Source: Nemertoderma westbladi
Taxonomy: Eukaryota; Animalia; Xenacoelomorpha
Direction of reading: 5' to 3'
Assembly: GCA_032718475.1 (NCBI GenBank)
Contig: JAUCBJ010001139.1
Location: 27,256-91,255, forward strand
DNA length: 64,000 nt
How positions within the stretch are numbered: position 1 is the stretch's first letter; the number at the start of each line of letters is the position of its first letter. Position numbers and translations under genes: made by a program. The notes below the pieces were generated by a model. That model ran no database searches. It was given only the letters and a program-made list of their open reading frames with translations, and had not been told where the DNA came from. Below are positions 1 through 11,980 of this stretch, in pieces.

Positions 1-705
1 GTTATTCTTACCATGTAAAATAATTAGTTCCCACTTGTAGAACCGCTAAAAATCAGCTGAAATTAGTATTTTGTGCAAAAAGCCAATACATGTCAATTTC
101 TCGACACCCTTTGGTCTAAGATTTTCAAACTTTTTTTTTCACTAACTAGAGAACATTTCATTCGATACCTGTTTCACAGTGTTTCATTAAATGCTCGTGC
201 GGCCAAGCCATTTTGTGGACAAACAAGGCCCTCCATCCCGCCCCATAGATAGATAGATCCCAAATTTCTTTCAGCCTCCAACTTCGTACAAAAAGGCAGG
301 TTCGTTATTACTTAATACTTTCCATAGCATACACTATTCTCCATTGCCCACTGAGACAGACATTAGGAGAGCCATCCCAGTTAACACATGGACTGTCATT
401 ATATTATTATTATAGTATTATAGTTTTAATATTATTATAGTACATCATAGCACATTATATTATATATAGATATAATTGTAATTTGTCTAACAATAAGCAC
501 TAAAACGTAGTATACATTAATTACAATGACAAAGTACGTATAATAATTAACAATAATACAATATGAAATCACCAAATATACTCGCATCGCAAATATATTA
601 AATATTTTACTTAATTTGTTACTTTATATAATATTAATTCTAATTAAAATATAAATTACATCAGAAAAATCCATTGAAAACTATAAATAACGACTAGAAA
701 ATATA

Positions 706-1130
706 CACCGAATCGGTGTCTGAGTGGAAAAAAAGAGCCGATTCGGTGTATTTTCGAGAAAATTGAATTCCTGAATCGGTGTACTAGAAAATATTGACCC
801 CGAATCGGTGCTCTGCAGGCTGTATGAAAATATCGCAAGCCCCGATTCGGGGTACAGGGAGTCCTGGATACCCTGATTCGGGGTACAATTTACATTAGAT
901 TTTCCGGTACAATATTGAAGCCGGAAGATTTCATTATTACTCCAAAGTTTTCTTATTTGTAGAACATATAAATGTGTATTCGAATATGTTAAAACGAAAT
1001 TGCGGAATTAAAATCTTCACATGCGGAAATTAAGGAGAAAAAATGTCTATGGGAGACCCCAGAATCGGGGCATTACAAAACCCAGAATCGGGGTTTGCCT
1101 CTATGCCCCGATTCGGGGTATTTTCCCTTA
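706..1130. repeat. Cluster of about 9 palindromic CCGAWTCGG-like motifs, probably subterminal repeats of a decayed MITE
   Basis: ccgaatcgg/ccgattcgg-like motifs near 708, 738, 771, 799, 842, 872, 1059, 1082 and 1108; no clean TIR/TSD pair found. Confidence 0.5.
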
Positions 1131-1787
1131 CTGGCTTGGGGAGGTGGTTGATTGTTGTTTGTACCAATAATAGTTTAGTAGTTAAAGTTAAAGATTATAA
1201 CTGTGTAATGCTGATACAATTGCCCAGCAATCTAAATCATCCTTCACTCTTATATCAGTTCAGTATATCTATCTTTCCATTCCTACATCAGTACAGTACC
1301 GTACATAACATAACATACAGACATATAATGAAAATATTTTCATTAGGGCCTACTAGAAACAATTTGGTTGAATCCCTTAACACGCGTTTTGGTTTTCTCA
1401 GTCTTTCTAAATTTTGACACTATTTTTCTTCTGTCACGCCGTTTCTCAAACTTTAATGCCCCCTTGCCTTCTTGCTCCCTTTTGGTGATGTTCACGTTCT
1501 GACATTATCAAATATAACGTTTATTTCCATTTCAGCCTTTGACTGTTTGAAGCATGTGATTCTTTAGTTTTGTGTATGCCTATACCATATACCAGTCTAC
1601 CAGCTGACCAGTACGGTATCTGTTACAGACTCATCCATCTTTCCATTAACATATTAACAACATATCAAACAGTCAAATACATTCTGACATTTCATCAACT
1701 AATGTTTTGTTTATAAATCATCACAACTCGACAAGGGTAAGCAAGAAGTAAGCAATTTTGAAGTAATTTACAATGACAGAGTTACTG

Positions 1788-2095
1788 ACAGGGCTGCACA
1801 ATTATAATTGTTGCCAAAAATGGCAACCATTATTTTTCTTTAATTCTAATGGTTGCCAAAAATGGCAATAATTATTTTAGGCGCATTTCGGCCTATTGCT
1901 AAGAGAAATTCAGACGATGATTTTTTTTCTTATACGGTCAATTATATTTAAATTTCGCGCTCTTTTCACTTACCTATTTACCAAAATGCGATTTTGCTTC
2001 TGGGCGTGCGAAAATTAGAAAAACCAAAAGTTGCCAGATTTGGCAATAAACATTGCCATATGTGGCAACTTTTGAGGTTGCCAGATTTGGCCATT
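1788..2095. mobile_element. Fragment of a non-autonomous DNA transposon (CAGGG start) with repeated TTGCCA-n-TGGCAA palindromes
   Basis: cagggctgcac start followed by five ttgcca...tggc(aa) palindromes; no matching right end seen. Confidence 0.4.
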
Positions 2096-2204
2096 GTACC
2101 TAACTGCTTGGTGTGGTTAGGGCTTGCTTAGGCCAGTAGAGTAGGCAGGCGGGTAGGTGGTACGGTACAGTACCGGTACTACAGAGGTAGGAGAGGTAGG
2201 AGAT

Positions 2205-2360
2205 TTCGCGCAGTATTTCTGCTGTGCGCGCCAATCTCGCGCAGAATTTCTGCTGCGCGCGCCAATCTCGCGCAGTTTTTCTGCTGCGCACGCGGATTTT
2301 GCACTGTTTTCGACTGCGCAGGCGCACATTTTTTTCTGCGCCGCGTCGCGTTCGGCGCAC
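2205..2360. repeat. GC-rich degenerate tandem repeat of about 31 bp
   Basis: tcgcgcag...tttctgctgcgcgcgccaatc repeated about 3 times, then decaying. Confidence 0.6.
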
Positions 2361-2614
2361 AAAAAAGTCACTTAGCATACGGGCCCCCACCCAACTGCCC
2401 AAAGTCTGTTTGCCCCACATTCTGACATTTTAGGGGTAGCGGTAGGCCTATCTCCTGATCTCTGTATCTCCAGATCTCTGTATCTGCCTATACTGCTTTA
2501 TGCATTATGCATTGACTTCGTCCAACAGTCCAACACTACACTACAGCATCCCTAATCCTGTAATCTGCTATAATCAGATTATTGCCACACAACTGTCAGA
2601 CTGTCAGACTGTAG

Positions 2615-4497
2615 CAGTCGGTGAGAAGTCAAAAATTGGACTTGAGTCCAAAATTGGACTTCGACTCCATTTCAAGTCCAAAATTGGACTTCTGTGAGTC
2701 CAATATTGGACTTCAAATCAGCCAATTGTTCCAGGGCCTTGGGTAATTGGATCGGGCGGGATTTTTTTTTATTAATCGAAAATATATCAAAAAATAAGAG
2801 TTTTGAACAGGGGGGAACTTTTTTTATAAGGCTTTGAATTTTTACAAAAGTCCAATATTGGACTTTAAGTCTAATTTCGGACGTGACATTGAGAATCAAA
2901 CTTAAAGGTACATGAAGCATGACAGATGAGAGACAGCCAGACAGCTATTAAGTTATGGAAAGTTAGCCTACCTTTGCAGACTCTCTGTATGTATCTTCAG
3001 TGTACTGTACTTAGAATATAGGCTAAATGGTACATTCTAGCATTCTAGGTACTTTGTACTTTACTTTTAGCATATTGTTTACAATCATGTTATGTCTAAC
3101 CTTACAGCCTTATGTACCCAGGGCCAGGATTTTAGAGCAGTAGAGTCTTTAGGACTAGATTAGATTATGCTCCAACAAATATTTAATTACAAATTATATT
3201 TGGTGGAAACTGGTAGCAATGCCAGGTTTGCCAACTGCAGGTGCTGCTAAGGCAGTAAGGCTAACTACAGTACAAGCTACGATTTCGTCTAAGCCTATGG
3301 GAGACCTATCAGAAAGAAATACTACAAGTTGATGCTACCACCATCTCTACTAATTTTTCCATACAACAGGAAGGGTGTTTTAAAACAGCTGTATAATGAA
3401 AGGGGATTAGTAACTGATTAACGTGTTGGGGTCTCCACATAATAAGTACAGAAGTAAGAAGTAACACATGTCATAATTATAAACCAATTGAGGGAAAGGA
3501 ACAGGTTACAGAGGCAGGCATTTCTAACTAAAACAATAAACGGCCTTTTTTGACTTTACCAATTGAAGGAGCCTTATCACCTCACCACATACTACTACTA
3601 CAATCGGCATGCTGCATTACAGCTGCATTATATATATAGACCCTATTACTGCATTAAGAATGCTGTGCCGGCTTGTTGACAAAAGTGCGCCTCCACAACT
3701 CCCTTACACTCTTACAGCCTTATCACCCATGACATTTGCTAGATCATCCGCATCCTTTAAGACAGTAAGAAAGATGCGTATCAAGAAAGTCATGGGCTGT
3801 CCACTATGCTTATTCACTCCATGAGGTGCACTGGCTGGTCCTCATGGCTTAAAAGCGATGTCCTGCAAAGCGGAGGCGGCTTTGTTCCAGTGTCAAGCTT
3901 GGGGGAACCAATGACTGAATAAGACACCTCCAACCCCAATGTTATATAGTGTCTGGTTGGAGATGCAGAGATGTGCTGTATATATTGCACTTGACACAGT
4001 GAACCTAATCAAAACAATTAGTCAATAAACATTAACTCAATTACATAATAGGTTACAGTTTTCAGTAGTCTAATTTTTGCCATACGAAAATACCACAGGT
4101 ATGGGTATGAATGAACTATACAGCTATGACTCAACTACCGCTACTGCGACTGCGGTATACACCACCAAGGCCAATGAAGGCAGTGAGGCTACCGCAAAGC
4201 CATACCACTACCGCAAAAAGTAACTACTGATGTCTGACTGTACGTGTGCGATCCCTGCTTATAATACTTATAATAATTAATTTGATCATTAAAATGATGT
4301 TGCATTGTAATTATATAATATATATCTGTATATGTACTGATACGGGATGCAGTTTTGATTTAAATACCGATATACAGTATGGCAGCATGGGTACACTTGG
4401 AGTTGTACTAAAGTCCAATATTGGACTTTGGAGTCCAAAATTGGACTTGAAGTCTAAAATTGGACTTGAAGTCCAATTTTTGACTTCTCACCGACTG
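2615..4497. mobile_element. Non-autonomous DNA transposon with 5-bp TSD (hAT5-like)
   Basis: TIR CAGTCGGTGAGAAGTCAAAAATTGGACTT at both ends; TGTAG duplicated at 2610-2614 and 4498-4502; arrays of AGTCCAAWWTTGGACT palindromes near both ends. Confidence 0.9.
3591..4007 (-). mobile_element. 5'-truncated 3' end of an RTE-clade LINE, inserted in the 2615-4497 element
   Basis: Reverse complement matches about 58900-59267 (gcaggaca...gcagcatgccgat) and ends in a (TAG)n tail. Confidence 0.85.
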
Positions 4498-5040
4498 TGT
4501 AGTGCAGTGGAGCAGTGTTCCAGTGGGAACCTCTAGAACCTGAGAACAGTCAGTAACCAGATTTAAGATTAGGTTGTCAAATTTCTAAAGTATCAACCTA
4601 ATTTCTGAATTTGATATTGCCATTTGACAGTTTGGGCAGCTTCATGTCTGATACTTAGCTTAATACCTGACCTGGCTGATTGCGTCCACTAGCTCCAGGC
4701 TATTAGCAGTCAGCCAGCTTCAGTCATCATTTATAACTATTGATTTAATTATGAAGGTGTATTGCAATTTCTTATTTGTTTGATTGGAGAAATAAATATA
4801 ATGAATAATGAATGAATATAAATCAGTAAATAGGCTACAGTTCGTATAATACAATATAATGCAATACTATGCAGTGGGCAGTGGGTAGATAAAACTCCTA
4901 TAACTGAGACTCAAAATTTAGGTCATAGTCTTAAAGTAGCCTACAGTCCCAATCCCAATAAACATTAACTTGGTCATTTTGGCGGCCAAAATTACCAAAA
5001 TGCCCTATTGAAAAGTTTTATTTTCTGCGCCGAACGCGGC

Positions 5041-5270
5041 GCCGGGTGCCAAAAATCCTGCGCCGGCTCTGAGCAAAACCACGCCGGGTGCAAAAAATCC
5101 TGCGCCGGCTCTGTGCAAAACCACGCCGGGTGCAAAAAATCCTGCGCCGGCTCTGTGCAAAACCACGCCGGGTGCAAAAAATCCTGCGCCGGCTCTGTGC
5201 AAACCAACGTCCATGCCAGGTGCAAAAATCCTGCGCCGGCTCTGTGCAATGCAAAATTCTGCGCCGGGTG
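5041..5270. repeat. 42-bp GC-rich tandem repeat (subterminal repeats of the 5003-11205 element)
   Basis: gccgggtgcaaaaaatcctgcgccggctctgtgcaaaaccac, 4-5 copies. Confidence 0.9.
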
Positions 5271-6499
5271 AAAAATCTTCCACCGGCTTTTCAAAGCCGC
5301 ACCGGGCTGACTGGTATAAAACATAAAATCAGCCTGTTATACTGTACAGTACCTGTAGTTTATTCGGTTATCTATAATACTGCAGCTGCACAAATCCGAG
5401 TTTACTTAAACCTGTAAACGAACGAAAGTTGTGGGTGGGTGAAATGAAAATAAGGATACAGAGACGGAAAACCTTAATAAAGACAAATGCAACAAGTACA
5501 GTAGGTACGTTGTTTTATTCCAAAAGTGTAACATTACGAAACAACTACTTAAGAAACACTGCATGTAAATTTTTGTTGTCAAGTAAAGTGTACATTTTTT
5601 GAAATTACTCAAATGTTACAATATGAATTATAGAAAGAATATTAAAGACTACTTCAGTGTAGGCCTAGTCCTTGTATTTATGTACTACGTCCTACCTTAT
5701 TACATACTACGTACTGTGGTCTGGTATACGTCTATGCTACAGATACGGTATGTCTGAATGAATAATGACTACAGTAGCTGTATATATGTTATGTTATGTT
5801 ATTAATATCGCCAGAATAACAATATAATATTAATTTTTGCACATGTACGTACACGTACAGTAGATTAAAATAAAATGAACACATCTGGCAAAGTACGCTA
5901 ATAAGCGTATGTACTATTGTAATAAAAATACGGATAATGGTATTCAGGTAAAATTAGTAAAATATTTAAAATTATAGTTTATTTACAGTACTTACAGTAC
6001 AGTTGGTGCATATTAAATATTAATTATAAAAAAAAATGAAATTACACTAAAATTAAATTAAAAACCGGCAAAGCATACTTACAGTAGGTTCAAGGGCTTC
6101 AACAACATACAGTCAGACAGTACCAAAGGGAAACATATTAATAAGGACAAGTTTATAATACTCTATAGGATACAACACAACAATACGTAGTTATACGGAA
6201 CATAAATTTGGTACCGCAGGTACACTGTACAGTAGTACCGTATGTCGCATAAGTAAAATATTACTGTAGAAATAAAACGCGCAAAGTAAAGTAACTACAA
6301 AAGATAGGAAAACAATTAAACATAAAAAACTCTATTTTAAAATTTAACACAAAAAAAATGTTTTTTGGGATTGAAAAAATGAAAATAATAGGTACTGTAG
6401 CTAGATTTTAATAAAGAAATCGTTGTATCCGAAATATATCGCTTTCGCTACTGCCACTTGGGGCACAGGAGTATCACTATATATTCATTTTAAGGGACA

Positions 6500-7220
6500 T
6501 TTCGCAGTCTAGTCTTTTTTTGAATATGCTCAATCATTGAGTACCAAGGGTATTACGTGCATTAACAACACTTTCCGGTAATGGTAAAGGATTCCAAATG
6601 TTTACAACGCTGTCTGCAAAGTTGTTGCGTGTTAGCATTGGTGGAGTTAGGAACGAAACTGGAAGAAATTACTTCGCTCAATTTTGTTAATCCCGTTGAT
6701 AAACTTGTATGTTGTTATAAGGTCGGCTAGTACACGGCAATATATTAATGTCGGTAGTTTGAGTGCAAGTAGTCGGTTTTCATATGACAACTCAGCCAGC
6801 GATAGTACAACTGTACAAGGCGAGTGACCACATGGTGTTGTACTTGTTCAAGACGTTCAATATTTATCATGTCGGAGGAATGGCGAACAAACAACTGTGT
6901 CGTATTCAAGGAGAGGCCGAACAAGGGATTTGTATAACAGGGTCAGAGGGTAAACATCGGAGCTTCCAAATATGTAAAAGTTCTTCGTATTAAATGTACG
7001 ACTCGCATGGCGCGGGCTGCAGTCTTTGTGCAGTGAGCTGTGATGCTGTGAAGGACAAGTCTGGTGTAAATGTAATTCCAAAATCACGTTCCTCGGTTGC
7101 CGATAAAAGTGTCCGTCCATTCATTGTGTAAAAAGTTTCTTGTGGATTTCTAGAACCTAGATGCATGCATGACCTTGCACTTGGAGTCATTGAACTCAAT
7201 TTCCAATGGTTACACATGTG
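6500..7220 (-). mobile_element. Decayed CR1-clade LINE fragment, C-terminal part of the RT ORF
   Basis: Minus-strand peptides CMHLGSRNP, ERDFGITFTPDLSF and LYKSLVRPLLEY, broken by frameshifts. Confidence 0.8.
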
Positions 7221-7250
7221 TGTCGGTAATAAATTGTTTCATTATCAATA

Positions 7251-7390
7251 GTGCCATAGTATAAGTCGTTTTGTTTTATTCACTGTTCAACTTCATTCTG
7301 TCTGCCTGTTTTATTATATGTGCAGTTTTATTTATACGCTTCTATGACAGCGGTGTCTCCATCCAAATAATATAATATAATATAAATATA
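7251..7390 (+). mobile_element. Isolated CR1-type 3' end with (ATAAT)n tail
   Basis: gtgccatag.ataagtcg ... cgct.ctatgac.g..gtctcc ... aataatataat is shared with the LINE 3' end at 45013-45148. Confidence 0.7.
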
Positions 7391-7513
7391 GCTTATACAA
7401 TACAGCAATATTATGTAAAATAAATAAACTGACTATGACCAATAGCAATAATGACTGATCAGCTGATAGCTGGAACTGTGATAGCCTACCTGCCTACTGC
7501 ATAACAGCATAAC

Positions 7514-10500
7514 CAGTCGGTGATATAGGCGATTTTGGACTTGATCCAATTTTGGAACTTGCTAAGTCAAAATTGGACTTCCATTCCAATATCGGAATTA
7601 ATTTTGATATGAATTACAGTGAATTTTCCACGGCCTACAATTTTTTCAGACGGGATCTGAAATTTAACCTACATGTTCTTTACTACAAAATAAGAGTTTT
7701 AACCGTGCACGAGAAAATTTCACGGTGCACCACAAAGGCAACCGACATTTAAAGTTTTGCGCATCCAATTTTGGACTTTAGGTCCAATTTTGTCTTTCCA
7801 TCAGCACTATACAGCTATACGGTACTACTGTACTACACTGTACGTACAGTACACTGCTGTAAAATGGCAGAATGCAGGAATGGGTAGCGTATTGTTTCTA
7901 TTGAGCAGCACATAGCACTTTAAGTCCACAGTTGTCTTTCTGAATGAAATTTATCTTATTTACTCCAGTACTCAATTTTGTTTCACTTTGTCAATGTACG
8001 TGCATACGTAAATAGATTTTAAAAACTAGAACTGTAACAATCTGTTGAAATGATTAAGATACCTTCCATGTCCTTCACGCAGTATGTGAGATACTGAAAC
8101 AATCCATTGAAACGTTTAACAGTTTAAGAGACCTTCGTGCAGCATGTGGGGCACTGTAACAATCTGTTGAAACGTTTAAGAGACCTTCGTGCAGCACGTT
8201 GGATACTGAAACAATCTGTTGAAACGTTTAAGAGACCTTCATGCAGCACATGTGATACTGTAACATTGTGTAACAATCTGATGAAACGTTTGAGAGACCT
8301 TCGCGCAGTATGTGAAATACTGAAACAATATGTTAAAACGTTTGAGACCTTCGCGCAGCATGTGGAGAACTGTAACAATCTGTTGAAAAGTTTAAGAGAC
8401 CTTCGCGCAGCACGTGGCGTACACCAACATTGTGTAACAAACTGTTGAAACGTTTAAGAGACCTTCACGGAGCACGTGGGTTGCTGTAACATTGTAACAA
8501 GCTGTTGGAAAGTTTAAGAGTGCTTCGCGCAGCACGTGGGGTACTGTACTGTAACATTGTTAACAAGCTGTTGAAACGTTTAAGAGACCTTCGCGCAGCA
8601 CGTGGCGTACTCCAACATTGTGTAACAAAATGTTGAAACGTTTAATAGACCTTCGTGCAGCCCATGAGGTACTGAAACAATCTGTTGAAACGTTTGAGAC
8701 CTTTGCGTAGCATCTGGCGAACTGTATCATTGTGCAACAAGCTGTTGAAACATTTAAGAGACCTTCGCGCAGCACGTGGCGCACTGTAACATTGTGTAAC
8801 AAGATGTTAAAATGTTTAAGAGACCTTCGCGCAGCACGTGGCGTGCTCCAACATTGTGTAACAAAATGTTGAAACGTTTAAGAGACCTTCGCGCAGCACG
8901 TGGCTTACTGTAACATTGTGTAACAAGCTGTTGAAACGTTTAAGAGACCTTCGCGCAGAACGTGGTGTACTCCAACATTGTGTAACAAACTGTTGAAACG
9001 TTTAAGAGATCTTCGCGCAGCACGTGGCTTACTGTAACATTGTGTAACAATCTGTTGAAACGTTTGAGAGACCTTCGCGCAGCACGTGGCGTGCTCCAAC
9101 ATTGTGTAATAAACTGTTGAAACGTTTAAGAAACCTTCGCGCAGCACGTGGCTTACTGTAACATGGTGTAACAAGCTGTTGAAACGTTTAAGAGACATCC
9201 ACGGAGCACGTGGCTTGCTGTAACATTGTAACAATCTGTTGGAACGTTTAAGAGACCTTCGCTCAGCATGTGGCATACTGTAACATTGTTAACAAGCTGT
9301 TAAAACGTTTAATAGACCTTCGTGCAGCACATGGGGGTACTGAAACAACCTGTTGAAACGTTTGAGAGACCTTCGCGCAGCACGTGGCGCACTGTAACAT
9401 TGTGTAACAAGCTGTTCAAATGTTTAAGAGACCTTCGCGCAGCATGTGGCTTACTGTAACATTGTGTAACAATATGTTGAAACGTTTGATAGACCTTCGC
9501 GCAGCACGTGGCGCACTGTAACATTGTGTAACAAGCTGTTCAAATGTTTAAGAGACCTTCGCGCAGCACGTGGCTTACTGTAACATTGTGTAACAATCTG
9601 TTGAAACGTTTGAGAGACCTTCGCGCAGCACGTGGCGCACTGTAACATTGTGTAACAAGCTGTTCAAATGTTTAAGAGACCTTCGCGCAGCACGTGGCGC
9701 ACTGTAACATTGTGTAACAATCTGTTCAAATGTTTAAGAGACCTTCGCGCAGCACGTGGCGCACTGTAAGATTGTGTAACAAGCTGTTGAAACGTTTAAA
9801 AGACCTTCGCGCAGCACGTGGCGTACTCCAACATTGTGTAACAAACTGTTGAAACGTTTAAGATACCTTCACGTTCGCGCAGTATCTGAGATACTCAAAC
9901 AATCTGTTGAAGCGGTTCAAAGGCCTTCGCGCAGAGCATGAGACACTAAAACAATATATTGAAACGATTAAGAGGTCTATTTATTTTCCATCATAGTAAC
10001 ACCCCAATTCATGATATTGACTGATTGAATGGGATAATCTTTTTAGGCTCATTAAGCCAAGGAATGCCTGTTCACCACCATGGATGATATTCTATAGTAA
10101 ACCTCTTCCATTATGTTTTCGAAAGTTGCCTTTGTTCCCATTTATCGACCACTCACAAGGATGAAAGCTAGGGTCGGTCTAGGCTGAAGCATTTAAAGCA
10201 CTGTGCAGCTGTGCTCAAACAGTGCTGCTCCCGTGCACCGTGCCCAGGCTGGCGTGCCCCACCTAGGCATCGAAACAGGGCTTCCTAATTCTGTAATTGG
10301 AAGCCCAGGAATATCACCAATATACCAAGCTACTGCTTGGTCTAGGGTCTAGCTGCAGCTGTGCTTCTAACGTAGAACTGTGCTGTACAGGGTACAGCTC
10401 TAGTCATGCCCATATAGCCTTATGGTCGGACCCGACCCCTGTACCTTGTTACTAGTGTTACAGCAGTCATCCTCCATAGCATCTCTGCAAACAAAGTCCA

Positions 10501-10739
10501 ATTTTGGAATGTATGAATACATTTCTGCAAAAGCATGGTAGGAATAATGAATTTGGCACAAAAATCATATATTTATTGAAAAATGATAGAATTTATGATG
10601 GAAATATACTTGCTGGACTTTAAAATATTTTTTTTAATTTAGAAAAGTCCAATTTTGGAGTGTATTCCGATTTCGGAATCCACCCTCGCACAAAGTTCCA
10701 AAATTGGAATAAGTCCAAAATCGCCTATATCACCGACTG
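7514..10739. mobile_element. Second hAT5-like non-autonomous element carrying a satellite array
   Basis: TIR CAGTCGGTGATATAGGCGATTTTGGACTT; ATAAC at 7509-7513 and 10740-10744; same TCCAAWWTTGGA palindromes as 2615-4497. Confidence 0.9.
8030..9972. repeat. Tandem array with 62-bp unit and 52-bp deletion variants, roughly 32 copies
   Basis: aacaagctgttgaaacgtttaagagaccttcgcgcagcacgtggcgcactgtaacattgtgt repeated. Confidence 0.95.
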
Positions 10740-11707
10740 ATAACAGCATAAGGTTAAATACGTAAATAAGTGACCAGTTGCAGTCAGCCAGTGCTGCAGT
10801 GTGAGTTTCCTTTCTCCCTCCTGCAATGCCAGTTGTTATTGTGTTGCTGTGCTGTTGGTCTGATGAACGCATGTCTGTTGTCTCAGTCTCACTGTCTGCC
10901 TGGTGCTAGGTTCGGCTGATTTCTGCGCCAGGCAAATATGTACGCCGGGTGTGCTGGGCTGATTCCTGCTCCGGCGCCGGGTCAATTTCTGCAGCGTCGA
11001 CGCCGGGAATATTTCGACGCCTGCTGCGCCGAGCGCAGCATCTCTACCATTGGCAGTGCTCCGCCGGCTACGCCGGCGTAGCACATCTCTGCGCCGACCC
11101 TTCCGGCTCATTGCCCGGCGTAGCACATTTCTGCGCCAGCTCCCGGCGCAAGTTCTAGTGCTGCGCCGAACGTGCTCGGCGTACATGTAAAACTTTTCAA
11201 TAGGGCCAAAATGGCCAAGTAAAAACTGCGGTATTCATGAAAGCAACTGCTGGGGCACGTTGGCTTGTCAATCACAGCCAGTGAATACAGGCTGAGTGTA
11301 AGTAAAGCCCAGCATGTTGGCGCTGAGGTAGAGTTCTGAGGTAGAGTTCTATCTACCTTTAGGTAGAGAGAAAGGCTCCAGTGTAGTAACGGCTGGACTC
11401 GCCACTGTAGTAAACATGCCTGTAAGAGTGCAGTTTGAGGCGCCCGCCCTAACATATTATTTTCTACATATTTTTTACTAATCTAATAATTAACACACCT
11501 TTACCTGTCACTTAGGTTATAAGCAGTGTGCTAGCACTTGCAGCGTAATAATTAATTATTTACTTTAATTCTATTCGATTGGTAATAAAAATAACAAGTT
11601 CATATATTTAATTTGTAAAAATTCTTTAAAATATGAGAAAAGTACTTTACATAGATTTTTCTTTATTTAGCTGTTTAGTACGCTATAATATAAATGCTCT
11701 CATAAAT

Positions 11708-11980
11708 ACAGTTAGGGGGGGGGGGGGGGGGGGGGGGGGGGACTGGACGCAATAAAAATTCATCACTCTCCAGGGGAGATTTGACGTAAATAACAGATGA
11801 TTACTCTCAAAAATAAAACTGCAATGTTCATTTATGTTTAATTTATTGTTTTGGTTAAAATAACGTGCCACTATAAACTGCTCCTTTCCCTAAATTGAGA
11901 ATTTAACATTGAGGCGGGATATTAATTCGCCAAGGCGAGTTTTGCGTCCAGCCCCCCCCCCCCCCCCCCCCCCCTGTCTC
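11708..11980. mobile_element. MITE with poly-G/poly-C inverted ends
   Basis: G-run + ctggacgcaa ... ttgcgtccag + C-run; inverted second copy at 29736-29980. Confidence 0.8.

Larger units (their letters stand above)
5003..11205. mobile_element. Unclassified non-autonomous TIR element with CCC...GGG termini and 8-bp TSD
   Basis: TIR CCCTATTGAAAAGTTTTA; CCAAAATG duplicated at 4995-5002 and 11206-11213; GC-rich CTGCGCCGG subterminal repeats at both ends. Confidence 0.88.

Noticed and set aside
8030-9972. CRISPR-like repeat/spacer array
   Set aside because: The variable part is only about 8 bp and recurs; no unique spacers, no cas genes, eukaryotic context
2100-11455. Short ORFs in GC-rich subterminal repeats and the 62-bp satellite
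   Set aside because: Open frames produced by repeat periodicity; no protein motifs
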